Below are positions 1 to 10,099 of a stretch of 64,000 nt of DNA, piece after piece. Positions within the stretch are counted from its first letter, which is position 1, and each line of letters begins with the position of its first letter. Source of the stretch: a virus; the IMG/VR virus record IMGVR_UViG_3300017766_005465, positions 54,538 through 118,537 of that record; one strand, written 5' to 3'. The notes beneath the pieces were generated by a model, which was not told the origin of the DNA, made no database searches, and saw only the letters and a program-made list of their open reading frames with translations. The position numbers and the translations under genes were made by a program.

Positions 1-868
1 CCGTGAGGTCTATGGTGTCCTCGCCGGCATCCGGGGCGAAGTTGAACATGGTGCCGCGCGGGATGATGGGGATATTACCCGAGGACTCAAAACGACCCTG
101 GTTAATATCCAGCCAGATCTGATCCCAGTAGAGGCGATTGAATTTCCCGTCGGAGGTCTTGGGGTACTTTCTCTCGATGAAGTTGAGACGGAAGGCGTTT
201 CTCTGCTCAGGCGTAAAGTTATTGACCATGTACTCGATGATGTACATAGCCACGAGGGACTGGATGTAGCGCCCCCACCCAGGCCCAGGATTGTCGGTGA
301 TGCCCTTGATTTTGTTATAGACGGGCGGGTTGCTGGGGTCGGTGTAGGGTACGGGGTAGGAGTCAATGACGATGGACGAACCCTCGGAGTAGTCCCGGTC
401 CCTCACTGGGATATGCGGTCCGGCCGGAGAGTTCTTACTGTCCCAGTCCTCATTCTGGACCCGCTGCTCCGCCCAGCCTGCGTACACCACCCAGTCCTTT
501 CTATCCAGACCGTACGTACTAACATCGTCGAAGATCCCCTGCTGGGTCTCCGCTCTATCTATACCGAGGAGCGACCTGGAGACGGCGCTCTGCTCGGCGA
601 AACGCTCCTTAATCGGAAGGGCCGCTGGCCGGCCCTTGCTGTAGATGTTCCGTGTTGACAACCCATTCTTCTTGTAGGATTTGGGGTCCATGTTCACGGC
701 CACCGACCCCTTTGAGAGGTAGTCGGGTGGGTAGTAAACGTCTTTCTTAGAGATCAGGGTGTTGCCTTCCTCGGAGAAGAGCGAGCTTCCCTGATAGCTG
801 ATCATCTGAAGCTCCTTCTCGTAGGTCCTAACGCCCGTCTTCTGGGCTCTAATGCTATACTGAGCCAT
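1..868 (-). CDS. Virion structural protein (runs off the left window edge); paralog of 875-3973
   Basis: ATG at 868 opens a frame (MAQYSIRAQKTG...) with no stop before base 1, so it is absent from the ORF track. It shares the motif SxVxxSLLGIxRAExxxGIFxDVxTY with the upstream 1032-aa protein. Confidence 0.75.
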   Translation of the reverse strand, partial: MAQYSIRAQKTGVRTYEKELQMISYQGSSLFSEEGNTLISKKDVYYPPDYLSKGSVAVNMDPKSYKKNGLSTRNIYSKGRPAALPIKERFAEQSAVSRSLLGIDRAETQQGIFDDVSTYGLDRKDWVVYAGWAEQRVQNEDWDSKNSPAGPHIPVRDRDYSEGSSIVIDSYPVPYTDPSNPPVYNKIKGITDNPGPGWGRYIQSLVAMYIIEYMVNNFTPEQRNAFRLNFIERKYPKTSDGKFNRLYWDQIWLDINQGRFESSGNIPIIPRGTMFNFAPDAGEDTIDLT

Positions 869-874
869 GAGGAA

Positions 875-3800
875 TCACTGCTCCTCCCAGGTCAGGGCGT
901 TATTGACTTTGAACGGTGAGGTGGCGGGAGTGGTTGAGCCTAACGCCTGGACCGATATATCGTAGTGGCCCTGGAGGGTGATGATGTCCACCTCGTCGGT
1001 GAGAGGGAAGGACAGATACTCCTTATTGTAGGCGAAGTAATCCTGGAGGTCGAATTGGTAACCCCCGGCGTTCGCGTAGTAGGAGAGGATCTCGTTGCCG
1101 GTATCGGAGATGGGGGTAAGGTCCAGGTCCTGGGCGATCTGCACACCTGAGAGACGGGTGATGTCCTCCCAGGTTGCCAGACCATCGGCCTCAAGGCGAT
1201 TCCACTTAGTCTGGTCGGTGGAGGCGGTCGATCCGAGAATACCTCCGCCGGCGGAGAGCACGGCCTCCGAGAGCACTCCGGCAGAGCTAAGAGTGAGGTG
1301 CCGCTCTGGGATGAAGAGTCCGACGATGTAGATGTCCTCAGGATAGGAGAAGAACTTCTCGAAGAAGTACCCGGCTGAGGTCTGGAATAGTTTTCCGAGG
1401 ATGGGGGTGTAAGCCGCGGGCGAGGTGGATCCGATGGTCCAGCCGGTGGAAGCCGTGGACTGGGACGTGGTGCCCAGGAAGTAACCGTAACGGTACTTTC
1501 CTACTCCGATAGTCGGAGGGGAGGCGAAGCCCACTTGCACGGGCAGAGTCGAGTTCTTAGTATTGACGTAGTTGTTGGAGGTGGTTACAGGATCACGGAC
1601 GATACCCGCTCCGGTGTAAGCCACCGAGGTACCAAGAGATGTCGAGGTATTAGTTACGATGAAGAGTGGGTTCTTAAAGGCTCTCAGGGTGAGAAGTTCA
1701 CCTGAAGTCCCCCCGGTCACGCCCGCTCCGTACTTGATGGGGTAGATCTGGAGGCGGTTGCGGACGGGTTTACCATCTCTGTTGTAGATGAAGTCCTTGG
1801 CGCGGACTGTTAGGAGGGAGCGCTGGGTCCTGGGGGTGACGAGTCTTACGCCTGTGGCGTTGGTCGCCGGAAGCGCGGAGTTGGTGAAGTGGAGGGTAAT
1901 GTCATTACCACTCTGCGTCACCCACTTGACCTTGGCGGTGGAGTCGGATGCCAGGTACGCTCCCATCAGACCAACAGCCACTCCACCGGCCACGTTGGGA
2001 TGGGTTACGGCGGAGTAGGTTAGCTCGGAGGCTGATGTCCTCGTCCAGTTAGTAGCGGTGAAGTCGTAGAAGCCCTTGGGCACCTCACGCTGGAAATCGG
2101 AGGCCTTTGAGAGCAGGCGGACGGTACCTTTATCCCCTCCGTCAATGTAGTAGGAAGCACCGTACTTGACCAGGGTGTTGCCGATGTCCGTCGACTCGAG
2201 TCCGCTCTCCGGACCCCCGTGGATGAGGTAGGTGATGGGGAGGGTGGCATTACCCAGAGAAGCGACCGAGTGCTGGTTGGAGGCTCGGATGTGATGGACT
2301 CTCACCCACCTCGCCTCGTTGTTGCCAACGGGCACGTAGCAGAGGAAGATGGCGCCAACAGCGCCGTACCACGAGAACTCGATCTTCCACATTGTTACCT
2401 TTGTGAAATCGATGTTGTAGGCCGACTGTACTTTTATAACTTCAGCGTTTGCGTCTTTAATAGGCTCTCCAGGAAGGTTGATAACGGAACCGCCTCCTAC
2501 TGTGGTGTCCTCAGCGGCGGTGTTTACGTCACTCCAGCGTAACACCGACTCAGCGCCATCGAGTTTGTCGCCGGAGAACATCGCTCTCACAGGTCTCCAC
2601 TCGTATACCATGCGGTAGGGCTTGGGAACGCACAGGTTGAACCACTCCTTGAGGGTTACGTTGCCGTTGGTGACTGTGCGGGCTTTAACGTTTGCTGGGA
2701 GGCTGGGGGAGGCCGAGTGCTGGGCGTCGGAGATACGATAGCCGGCATCAACACCCTGGGTATTCACCATCAGGTGCCACACCTTCTTCTCACTATTGGA
2801 GGTGGAGGGAGCGGTGTCCCAGGTATTGGCGATGATCGTGGAGTTGTAGGAACTGATCGATGATCCGGCGATGCCCCACTCCGAAGCCTCCAGAGATGTT
2901 TTGTCCGAAGGGAACGTGGTATACGAAGCTTTACGGTTTAAGTTGGAGATAATCTGGTAGAAATTACAGTGAGCGTCAAGGCGAATATAACCGTTAGAAA
3001 GAGTGTCTGAGTGAGTCTGACCGGGGGTATAGACCGGGCCGCTCTTTTTCTGGTCGAATGGGAACTGGAATTTACGATCGGCCATAACCTCCGACCAGAC
3101 TGTTCCGTTGAAAGTCGCGAGGCGAACGGCGTAACCGGAGTCGGACTGGTAGTTCTTCAGAGCTCCGGAGGGGTCTCCTGACGCATCAATAGCGGCAACG
3201 CTCTCGGGAGCGTAGACGAGGGAGGGGTCGTAGATCGCAGCGGCGGTGTAGACTAGGCCGTCTCTCACGATAACCGGGTCGAGTCCCGCCACGCCGAAGT
3301 TGGTCGCTGGAGTGAAGTCGGTGTCGTCGCTGTTCTGGAACCAGCTCAGAGCCCCGGCGTAGCCGGAGGGCTCGGAGGGGATGATGGCCTGCGTCCGACG
3401 AACGCAGCGGAAGTCGTTGCCCTTTCCGGCGTTAGCCGTCTCGAAGTAGTAGCCGTCGAATTTGTCGAAGATGCCCCACTTCTTCAGCGATGGAGCTCCC
3501 TTCATCTTGGCCTGGAGGGCGGAGGTCTGCTCCTCTGGGTCGCGAGTGATGTTCATCTTCACACCCATTGTGGAGGCGGAGACGCGTCCAGGCTGGTAGC
3601 GGAAGAAGCGCTTGGAGGTCAGTACGGTGGTCTTGACGTCCGGAGCCACGAGTCTCGCCCCGGCTTCCTCAGGGATGTGCTCCACACCGTAGTCGATGCC
3701 CTCGCCGCTAGGATCGGGAGTGTTCTCGGGCGGGAACTGAGCCCACTCGGACGGGTTGACGTCGTAGGTGTTAACGTCAGCGAAGATACCCAGCGCCACC

Positions 3801-3973
3801 TCGGCTCTAGGGATACCCAGCAGGCTCAGCGCCACTTCCGACTGGATCTTATTCTGCTCCTCTACGGGTATAGGTGCCTGATCCTCGGCAAATACCACTG
3901 GGAGAGAGTTAGCGGCCGGTTGTTGGCCTAGAGGTACCGGTGAGGTCTTTCCAACGCTGACTTTTGATGCCAT
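875..3973 (-). CDS. Large virion structural protein (tail/baseplate-associated, beta-rich)
   Basis: 1032-aa ORF with motifs (TSKRFFRYQPGRVS, DFTKVTMWKIEFSWYGAVG) I associate with cyanophage structural proteins; lies in the tail gene block. Confidence 0.7.
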   Translation of the reverse strand: MASKVSVGKTSPVPLGQQPAANSLPVVFAEDQAPIPVEEQNKIQSEVALSLLGIPRAEVALGIFADVNTYDVNPSEWAQFPPENTPDPSGEGIDYGVEHIPEEAGARLVAPDVKTTVLTSKRFFRYQPGRVSASTMGVKMNITRDPEEQTSALQAKMKGAPSLKKWGIFDKFDGYYFETANAGKGNDFRCVRRTQAIIPSEPSGYAGALSWFQNSDDTDFTPATNFGVAGLDPVIVRDGLVYTAAAIYDPSLVYAPESVAAIDASGDPSGALKNYQSDSGYAVRLATFNGTVWSEVMADRKFQFPFDQKKSGPVYTPGQTHSDTLSNGYIRLDAHCNFYQIISNLNRKASYTTFPSDKTSLEASEWGIAGSSISSYNSTIIANTWDTAPSTSNSEKKVWHLMVNTQGVDAGYRISDAQHSASPSLPANVKARTVTNGNVTLKEWFNLCVPKPYRMVYEWRPVRAMFSGDKLDGAESVLRWSDVNTAAEDTTVGGGSVINLPGEPIKDANAEVIKVQSAYNIDFTKVTMWKIEFSWYGAVGAIFLCYVPVGNNEARWVRVHHIRASNQHSVASLGNATLPITYLIHGGPESGLESTDIGNTLVKYGASYYIDGGDKGTVRLLSKASDFQREVPKGFYDFTATNWTRTSASELTYSAVTHPNVAGGVAVGLMGAYLASDSTAKVKWVTQSGNDITLHFTNSALPATNATGVRLVTPRTQRSLLTVRAKDFIYNRDGKPVRNRLQIYPIKYGAGVTGGTSGELLTLRAFKNPLFIVTNTSTSLGTSVAYTGAGIVRDPVTTSNNYVNTKNSTLPVQVGFASPPTIGVGKYRYGYFLGTTSQSTASTGWTIGSTSPAAYTPILGKLFQTSAGYFFEKFFSYPEDIYIVGLFIPERHLTLSSAGVLSEAVLSAGGGILGSTASTDQTKWNRLEADGLATWEDITRLSGVQIAQDLDLTPISDTGNEILSYYANAGGYQFDLQDYFAYNKEYLSFPLTDEVDIITLQGHYDISVQALGSTTPATSPFKVNNALTWEEQ

Positions 3974-4000
3974 TGTAAACGCATGCTCTGTATGTATCTA

Positions 4001-4008
4001 CTTTAAAC
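4001..4008 (-). promoter_or_regulatory. Putative phage late-promoter motif GTTTAAAG
   Basis: 27 nt upstream of the 3973 start; the same motif recurs before many genes. Confidence 0.55.
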
Positions 4009-4027
4009 ATCACAGGGCCGAACAGCG

Positions 4028-4064
4028 AAAAAAGCCAGGGAGGAGGGGAAAGCTCCGCCCCGGC
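4028..4064 (-). terminator. Intrinsic terminator
   Basis: GCCGGGGCGGAG / CTCCTCCCTGGC hairpin followed by T6, just after the 4087 stop. Confidence 0.6.
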
Positions 4065-4086
4065 CAGTCGCCGTGTCAGGATCTCA

Positions 4087-6426
4087 TCACTCGGAAACGT
4101 AGATATTTCCGTCGGCGATGAAGTAGTTGTTCTTGATCAGGCCTAGGTACCCCGTCGGGGTGCTGTAGACGTCCGTCGAGGCCGTGAACTTGGAGGCCAC
4201 GGTGGATGGCGTTGAGATCACGACGGCGGCGTTGCTCGTGTCCACCTCGATGATGCTGATGGTGGTGGAGTCGGGCCAGTTGGACAGTTCGGCTCCGGTG
4301 ACTCCGATGCCTGTCGTCTTGATAAAGTCGTTTGACGGATTGCCCGCAGCGAAGAACAGCAGTGAGAGGATGTCGGAGGAGCTGCGGAAGTAGATCTTAA
4401 CGGTTGTCGGGGAGGCGTAGGCGATACGGTCGATGGCGTATCTTCCCAGAGCGGCGGTTGCCGTGATCCTGTACCCGTAGCCGTAATTGGCCGAACCCGA
4501 ACCGTCGGGTTTGAGCAGGTCGTAACCATTAGTACCACGGATCGAGCGGCCCTGGTTCGATCCGCCAACTCCCGTCATCGAAGAGACCGGTGCTGTGAGG
4601 GCGAATATGCCCGCCTCGAGCTGTGGCCTGCTCTCCACCACCTGGAGGTAGGTGGCCGGCGCCGACGTATTGTACTGGTAACTCGAGTTGAGCGGGTACA
4701 CTCTGGCCACGATCGAGCCCGGGGTGACGGAGACAGGGAACCCACTGTCGGTCACCGTGAAGTAGGTCGGGGTCATGACCACGTCTCTCTTCACATCCAG
4801 ACTCACCCGACTGTACTCGTTCTGGTACAGGTCGATGTTACGGATCACGGACCCGTTCTCGTTGAAGGTGAGGTTGCCCTCAGCGCTCCAGGTGTCGGAC
4901 GCGTTGAGCCTGATCCCTGTCTCCCCGCAGTTGTCGACAATGTTGCTGTTGATGAGGGAAGCGTCGATGCCGGTAAAATCCACGGCGCCGGAGCAGTTCT
5001 GGAAGAGGTTGCCCTGGGCGATGATGCGGCTCGACTCGCGGATCTTGAGAGGCGAGATGTTCATCTCGAAGGGTTTGGAGAGCTCGAATACTCTATTACC
5101 GGTGAAGTTGATCTTGTCCGAATCGAGGGAGTAGAGAGCGGCACCGGTTCCGTTGTAGAACGAGCAGTTAGAAACGCGGACGCCGTCGGCGTACTCGAGG
5201 GCGAGGGCGTCGTGGTACTTGTCACCGACTCCGTAGGTGTCGTTCTCAGGGAGGTTGATGGGGAAGGTCTCCGTCTTGTTCCCGTCGAATGCCAGTTCGC
5301 GAACGGTCACACCGCTTACACGGTTGGTTACGCCGGAGCCGAGCATGCCGATAAATCCGAACTGACCGGGCGGGTTGATGTGTGTGGGCATGCGCTTGAG
5401 CACCGAGGAGTCCCCGGAGCCTCTGAGCGTCACCCCACTATACTGGCTGGCCGGGATCTCGGATCCGTACAGGGCAACGTTGCGCACCGAGTAGGTGCCG
5501 GTCGGGACGAATACGTCCTTGATGTTGTTGACGGCAGCGTAGTCTAGTGCCTCCTGGAGGGGCTTGGTGTCGTCGAATCTGAACTTGACGCGGATGGAGA
5601 GGTTGTCCAGGCCGGTAAAAACCCCGGACTCGGAGGCGGCGTCGGAGCACTCCAGGGTTCCTGAGATGCTCTTGCTGAGGATCTTGAGTCTGCGCTTGAC
5701 GATGATCGTCTTCGCGGATATCGACCCAGCGGACACGGAGATGATGCCATCGAAGAGTTCGGGGCTGAACTCGCCTCCGAGCATACGGGCCTCGTCCCAC
5801 GACGGGATCTGCAGGGACCCGCGGTCGTTAAAGGTGATGGAGGTGTTACCGCCGAGGATGTTGTTGCTGGGGATCCCGAGGAACTGGATCTGCCCTGGCC
5901 CCCACTGCCTGTAGATGACGGGCACCCACTCCGACGTGAGTCTGTTCAGGGAGAAGCGGACGTAGTTGTTCTCGTCGAACTGTGTCTGCGGGTCCTTGAA
6001 GACGTCGGAGAGCGTGAGCGTCTTAGCGTACGGGGAGAACTTGCCCGTGACTACGTTGAAGGCGTAGACGTAGTACTGAAGAGTCTTGCTGGTGGAGGTG
6101 CCGGACTGGACGACCGCTCCCACTCCCTCCGGGGCTCCGATGTTGGTGAGGATTCCGTCGTACTCGCTCACCGACGGATTGGATGTATCCAGGTAGAAGA
6201 AAGCGTAGAGTTCCTGACCGACCTGGAAGTAGTCCTTCTCGTACTGTGTGTAGTCGGGGATCTCGCCGATGCTGATCACGGACCCGAATCCGTTAAGCCC
6301 TCTCACCCTGCCCTCGAAGTACTTATCCAGGCCAGCGGCTCCGAAGGACTTCACGTTGACGTAGGAGTTCCTGTCAGGGTCTACCTGAATGAGAGTCGAT
6401 GTCTGTGTACGACCGATGTATCTCAT
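4087..6426 (-). CDS. Tail spike with pectate-lyase-like right-handed beta-helix
   Basis: 779 aa; NVKSFGAAG, DDTKPLQEALD..VFVPTGTY and GVTLRGSG motifs plus repeated Asn-ladder parallel beta-helix repeats. Confidence 0.75.
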   Translation of the reverse strand: MRYIGRTQTSTLIQVDPDRNSYVNVKSFGAAGLDKYFEGRVRGLNGFGSVISIGEIPDYTQYEKDYFQVGQELYAFFYLDTSNPSVSEYDGILTNIGAPEGVGAVVQSGTSTSKTLQYYVYAFNVVTGKFSPYAKTLTLSDVFKDPQTQFDENNYVRFSLNRLTSEWVPVIYRQWGPGQIQFLGIPSNNILGGNTSITFNDRGSLQIPSWDEARMLGGEFSPELFDGIISVSAGSISAKTIIVKRRLKILSKSISGTLECSDAASESGVFTGLDNLSIRVKFRFDDTKPLQEALDYAAVNNIKDVFVPTGTYSVRNVALYGSEIPASQYSGVTLRGSGDSSVLKRMPTHINPPGQFGFIGMLGSGVTNRVSGVTVRELAFDGNKTETFPINLPENDTYGVGDKYHDALALEYADGVRVSNCSFYNGTGAALYSLDSDKINFTGNRVFELSKPFEMNISPLKIRESSRIIAQGNLFQNCSGAVDFTGIDASLINSNIVDNCGETGIRLNASDTWSAEGNLTFNENGSVIRNIDLYQNEYSRVSLDVKRDVVMTPTYFTVTDSGFPVSVTPGSIVARVYPLNSSYQYNTSAPATYLQVVESRPQLEAGIFALTAPVSSMTGVGGSNQGRSIRGTNGYDLLKPDGSGSANYGYGYRITATAALGRYAIDRIAYASPTTVKIYFRSSSDILSLLFFAAGNPSNDFIKTTGIGVTGAELSNWPDSTTISIIEVDTSNAAVVISTPSTVASKFTASTDVYSTPTGYLGLIKNNYFIADGNIYVSE

Positions 6427-6435
6427 TTTCTATCC

Positions 6436-6828
6436 TCAGAGGGTGGGGGAGCCGACAACGGCCGGGGTGTAGATAACGTAGGAGACTACCATGTCCGCGG
6501 AGTTAGCTCCACCGGCACTGTCCATCCACGCCTTGAGCGAGTCGCCTCTCTTCAGCACGAACTTGTTACCATCGATGACCTCGAAAGATACCTGGGAGGG
6601 GATGGCTACGTCGTAGAGCATGTAGGCCGCGGTTGCGCTGCCCGACTTCTGGAGCGTCATATTGAGCCCTCTTGTCGTCGAGGACTTGTTGGCCACCATC
6701 ACCGACAGTATCATGGCGTAGCCATCGGCCGGGATGAGGGTACTATCGAAAACTGTCGTGGGTGAGCCTCCATTCGCCGAGATGCCGGAGTAGGTGGAGG
6801 AGTAGAAATTATTAACGGGATAGGTCAT
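6436..6828 (-). CDS. Small virion-associated protein
   Basis: 130-aa beta-rich ORF, tightly co-oriented with the tail spike gene. Confidence 0.65.
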   Translation of the reverse strand: MTYPVNNFYSSTYSGISANGGSPTTVFDSTLIPADGYAMILSVMVANKSSTTRGLNMTLQKSGSATAAYMLYDVAIPSQVSFEVIDGNKFVLKRGDSLKAWMDSAGGANSADMVVSYVIYTPAVVGSPTL

Positions 6829-6830
6829 GG

Positions 6831-7121
6831 TCAGCCGAAGATTAGGGAAGCTGTCTGGAAGTAGGTGATGCCCTCAAGCACCTCCTGCTTTCTCACGATG
6901 GACGCGAGGGTCTGGGGAACGGCCGAGCATTCCACCGATGACGCCGAGAGAAACAGGGGGGCGGAGTTCCCCAGGCCATCCTGAAGTTGCCCCTGTGACC
7001 GTCTCGTAGTCGTACTGAGATCGAATGGAATACCGTCGGTGTCCGGTTGGGCGTTGATGTTCGAGACTATAACGTTCGCGAACGTTTTTGATATCTCGAA
7101 GTCTTTGATGTTCGAGGCCAT
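6831..7121 (-). CDS. Hypothetical (likely virion) protein
   Basis: 96-aa ORF, first gene of the operon, with GTTTAAAG at 7165-7172. Confidence 0.65.
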   Translation of the reverse strand: MASNIKDFEISKTFANVIVSNINAQPDTDGIPFDLSTTTRRSQGQLQDGLGNSAPLFLSASSVECSAVPQTLASIVRKQEVLEGITYFQTASLIFG

Positions 7122-7184
7122 GGGGCGGTAAACTCCGGATTTTTAGTTTATAGAGCTATGAGAACTTTAAACGACTTGATAAGG

Positions 7185-7424
7185 ATGACCAAAGCAGAAC
7201 TCGCCCAACTGATCGAAGCTTACGCCGACTCCAAAGCCTCGGGGAATCGGTACCTCGTCCAGAAGATGATCGAGGAGCTGGAGCAGGCCCTCGACGAGGT
7301 CTGTGGCGGAACGGAGATTCCCCAACCCCCACTTCCTCCCCACGACCTGCCACCCCTCACCCCACCGACCCACCCGGCACCTCCTCACCGCCCAGAGGAG
7401 ATCCCCGCGATGGCGGGAGTCTGA
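7185..7424 (+). CDS. Hypothetical protein with Pro-rich tail
   Basis: ORF from ATG 7185 (MTKAELAQLIEAYADSKASGN...). Confidence 0.6.
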   Translation: MTKAELAQLIEAYADSKASGNRYLVQKMIEELEQALDEVCGGTEIPQPPLPPHDLPPLTPPTHPAPPHRPEEIPAMAGV

Positions 7425-7431
7425 TACCACC

Positions 7432-7800
7432 ATGGTGATCACGAGACTGCGCGCGGGCAACACCCAGTTCCCAGAGTCGAAGGAGGTCGGGGATGCCGTC
7501 GTCCTCGCCTCCGGCGACATACTCTGCTGGGACGGAGGGATGTGGCAGCTCGTGGGAGGGAGGTTCCTGCTCAAGGAGGTCCGGGACCTCTTCCTCGACT
7601 ACATCAGAGGTGGGTGGCCGGATAGGAGCAGTGCGCTCTTCGACCTTCCCACCATGCTGGATCTTAGCGTATTTCTGGTAGACGGAGCCCCCACCGAGAA
7701 GATCCTAACCGACCCGAAAATGGTTGAAAGGTTTATCAGCAGAGTCGTTGAGGTTAGCGAGAGATGCGAGAAAAGCCTCCAGGCTCTAAGATCAGAGTAG
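7432..7800 (+). CDS. Hypothetical protein
   Basis: ATG 7432 lies just after the previous stop (MVITRLRAG...). Confidence 0.55.
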   Translation: MVITRLRAGNTQFPESKEVGDAVVLASGDILCWDGGMWQLVGGRFLLKEVRDLFLDYIRGGWPDRSSALFDLPTMLDLSVFLVDGAPTEKILTDPKMVERFISRVVEVSERCEKSLQALRSE

Positions 7801-8030
7801 TAGCGGAACACGTCGATCTTCCCTCTCTTGATAAGAAGTACCTGACCAACGACGTCTACGCCATCTCCTACGAGGATGACGGGAGGGGGTACGTTGATCT
7901 AGCGCGGGGGAGGATGGTAGATGTCTTCGACGCCTACTACGATACTGGGTTCGTGGTGAAGCGGATCTGGCACGCTGGGGGGTACAGAAACCCCAAGCTC
8001 CACGAGTGCGAGCTCAGGGTCAAGGTCTGA
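7764..8030 (+). CDS. Hypothetical protein
   Basis: 88-aa ORF with phage-like codon usage. Confidence 0.55.
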   Translation: MREKPPGSKIRVVAEHVDLPSLDKKYLTNDVYAISYEDDGRGYVDLARGRMVDVFDAYYDTGFVVKRIWHAGGYRNPKLHECELRVKV

Positions 8031-8036
8031 GAGCTA

Positions 8037-8222
8037 CTAGTTCACGTGCTCGCTCACCGGCTGGGGGAGTGAAGAGAGTTGGAAATCCATCGCCTCGACG
8101 GCGCCCTCAAGCTTCAGTACGTGGGCCTCGCGTTGCGCCACGGCTTTGCGAAGCCGGTCGAGTTCCGAGCGGGCCTTGTCCAGCTGGGAGGAGAAGTTGT
8201 CTTTTAGTTCCTGGGGGTCCAT
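8037..8222 (-). CDS. Small coiled-coil hypothetical protein
   Basis: 61-aa ORF with a heptad pattern. Confidence 0.55.
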   Translation of the reverse strand: MDPQELKDNFSSQLDKARSELDRLRKAVAQREAHVLKLEGAVEAMDFQLSSLPQPVSEHVN

Positions 8223-8255
8223 AGGGTAGTGGTTGGGTTGACGTACACTAGTACC

Positions 8256-9010
8256 TTAACCTGGACTTGGGTTATATGTCTGTCCTGGCGCCAGAGCGTA
8301 AAACTCCGAGATCAGCACGTAGTTCCCACCGACTGCTCCTTTTGAGAACCTGATGTAACGGGCGGTGAAATCTACGGGGTAAGTATAAATACCATCGGCC
8401 GGAAAAACATTGGGAAAGGCCTGACTTCCGTGGATTCCCGGAGTCGTAAACGCATAGGTCCAATTTGTTCCATCGCCTGAATACTCAATATCTCTATTTT
8501 CTGACCACGTCCTGTTCCATCCTCCCGGAACATTCGAAGTGCCCGTTCCCGTAAAGCTGTACGAGGTGGCCACGCCAACAAGAACCAGGCCTGGGCTGCC
8601 GTCTCCGTTAACTATCTGGCCCTGACCAAACGTAGCGGTCAGCACTCGAGCCACGCAGCGTAAGAGCAACGGTGTCGTTGGTGCCCGGGTTTATGATATT
8701 GGGTTTTGCTACGCTCGGTACTCTAAGTACGAAGCCTTCAAGGCTCAGATTTATACTATCGAGTAGGTCATCGATCTCGTTCCGTGTGTATACTGTATTC
8801 TTGTCCGCCTTAACACTCAGCAGGGTCAGTATCTCTGACTTGGTGTAGAAATCCTGAAAACTGTACTCCGCGACCAACGACCCCCGACACCGACCCCCGG
8901 TACACGTTAGGGTTCAACTGGAACGGTTGCTGGAAGGGGTTCTGGTTTAGCGCCTGGGAGGACGTGGGAAGGATCCTGCTCACCCCACTGTCATTGCATG
9001 AGTTTGGCAT
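8256..9010 (-). pseudogene. Fibre-like gene split over three reading frames, ending in a partial discoidin/F5-8-like domain
   Basis: ORFs 8810-9010, 8608-8877 and 8256-8669 overlap in successive frames. Removing one G from the G5 run at 8881-8885 fuses the first two. The last ORF has EYSGDGTNW...ARYIRF...ISEFYAL. Confidence 0.5.
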
Positions 9011-9013
9011 AGG

Positions 9014-10078
9014 TTACTCCGTGGGGGGTTGCGGGAGGGCGTTGATCTCGGCTTGAGTGAGAACACGCGGGGGAGGTTCGAGTTCCGCTCTCTCGTCCAG
9101 CGAGGGCGTTGGAGGCTTCAGTCTGTAGGGTGCCGGGACCTCGACAAAGTGCCCCTTCGAGCCGATCTGTACAACATCGTAGCCTAGCGCCGGATCCTTC
9201 TCCCTCTGGTACTCCAGGCATCTATTCACTCCGGTGGGTACGCAGTATACGCGTTGCCAGGCCGGGTCGTTGTGGTCGAAGTTGGAATTGGATTCCAGGG
9301 TTTCCTGGGTGGCGGGGATGTCCTGCTTGGCTATGTACAAGCAGACCGCATCGCCACACTCCCCGTCCACCAGGACCTCGTCCCCCTCGCGGTAGAAGAA
9401 CTGTCTTCTCACCCGGGCCTCTTTCCACTTATCGGACGAGTTGTCCCTGAGGCACTTCTCCAGCTCCGTGGTTGTCAGCTCTGGAGAGTAGCATACGCTG
9501 AGGCTCTGCTGGAAGAGTCCTGAGTCCCACTCAGCGGCGTAACTCCCCCACTCCTGGTCCATGAGCTTGAGGCTGTAGCGCTTGTACCTCTCCCTCAGCT
9601 CCTCGATGGTAGGGATGCCCGCCGGGATCGTTGTGTCTATGTAGCAGATCCGGGTCCACTTCGAGCGGTCGAAAGCTCTGCTCCCGGCCTCGATGTCCTC
9701 GTTGGCCTCGTAGAGACTGATCCTGTGCCCGTCCTCCTCGACGAGGAGCACCCTACTCCCCTCAGCGTAGGCCACTACGGCCCTGTAGGTGGCCACGCCC
9801 CATTTATCGTTTGTCTCCGAGAACAGGAGGTTCGGAGTTAGTTCGCTGATCTGCCAGGGGAATTCTATGTCACCCCAGGACTTATAAAGCCCCTTCTGCG
9901 AGCTGTAGAAGGAGTAGTCGTTCAGGAGGTCGTCGATGCTCATCCCGCAGGTATTGACCTCCCTGGAACAACCCGCGTCCACAACGGTGCCCTCCCCACC
10001 GGCCTCCTCGACGGCGGTTTTCTGATCCTCAGAGAGCCGCTCGAAGCATCCTCTGAAATAGAGGTTGGAGAGGGACAT
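9014..10078 (-). CDS. Hypothetical protein with two carbohydrate-binding-module-like (CBM5/12-type) repeats
   Basis: Repeats YAEGSRV..LYEANEDI..FDRSKW and YREGDEV..LYIAKQDI..FDHNDPAW. Confidence 0.55.
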   Translation of the reverse strand: MSLSNLYFRGCFERLSEDQKTAVEEAGGEGTVVDAGCSREVNTCGMSIDDLLNDYSFYSSQKGLYKSWGDIEFPWQISELTPNLLFSETNDKWGVATYRAVVAYAEGSRVLLVEEDGHRISLYEANEDIEAGSRAFDRSKWTRICYIDTTIPAGIPTIEELRERYKRYSLKLMDQEWGSYAAEWDSGLFQQSLSVCYSPELTTTELEKCLRDNSSDKWKEARVRRQFFYREGDEVLVDGECGDAVCLYIAKQDIPATQETLESNSNFDHNDPAWQRVYCVPTGVNRCLEYQREKDPALGYDVVQIGSKGHFVEVPAPYRLKPPTPSLDERAELEPPPRVLTQAEINALPQPPTE

Positions 10079-10099
10079 ATTTATCCTTACAACTAGCGA

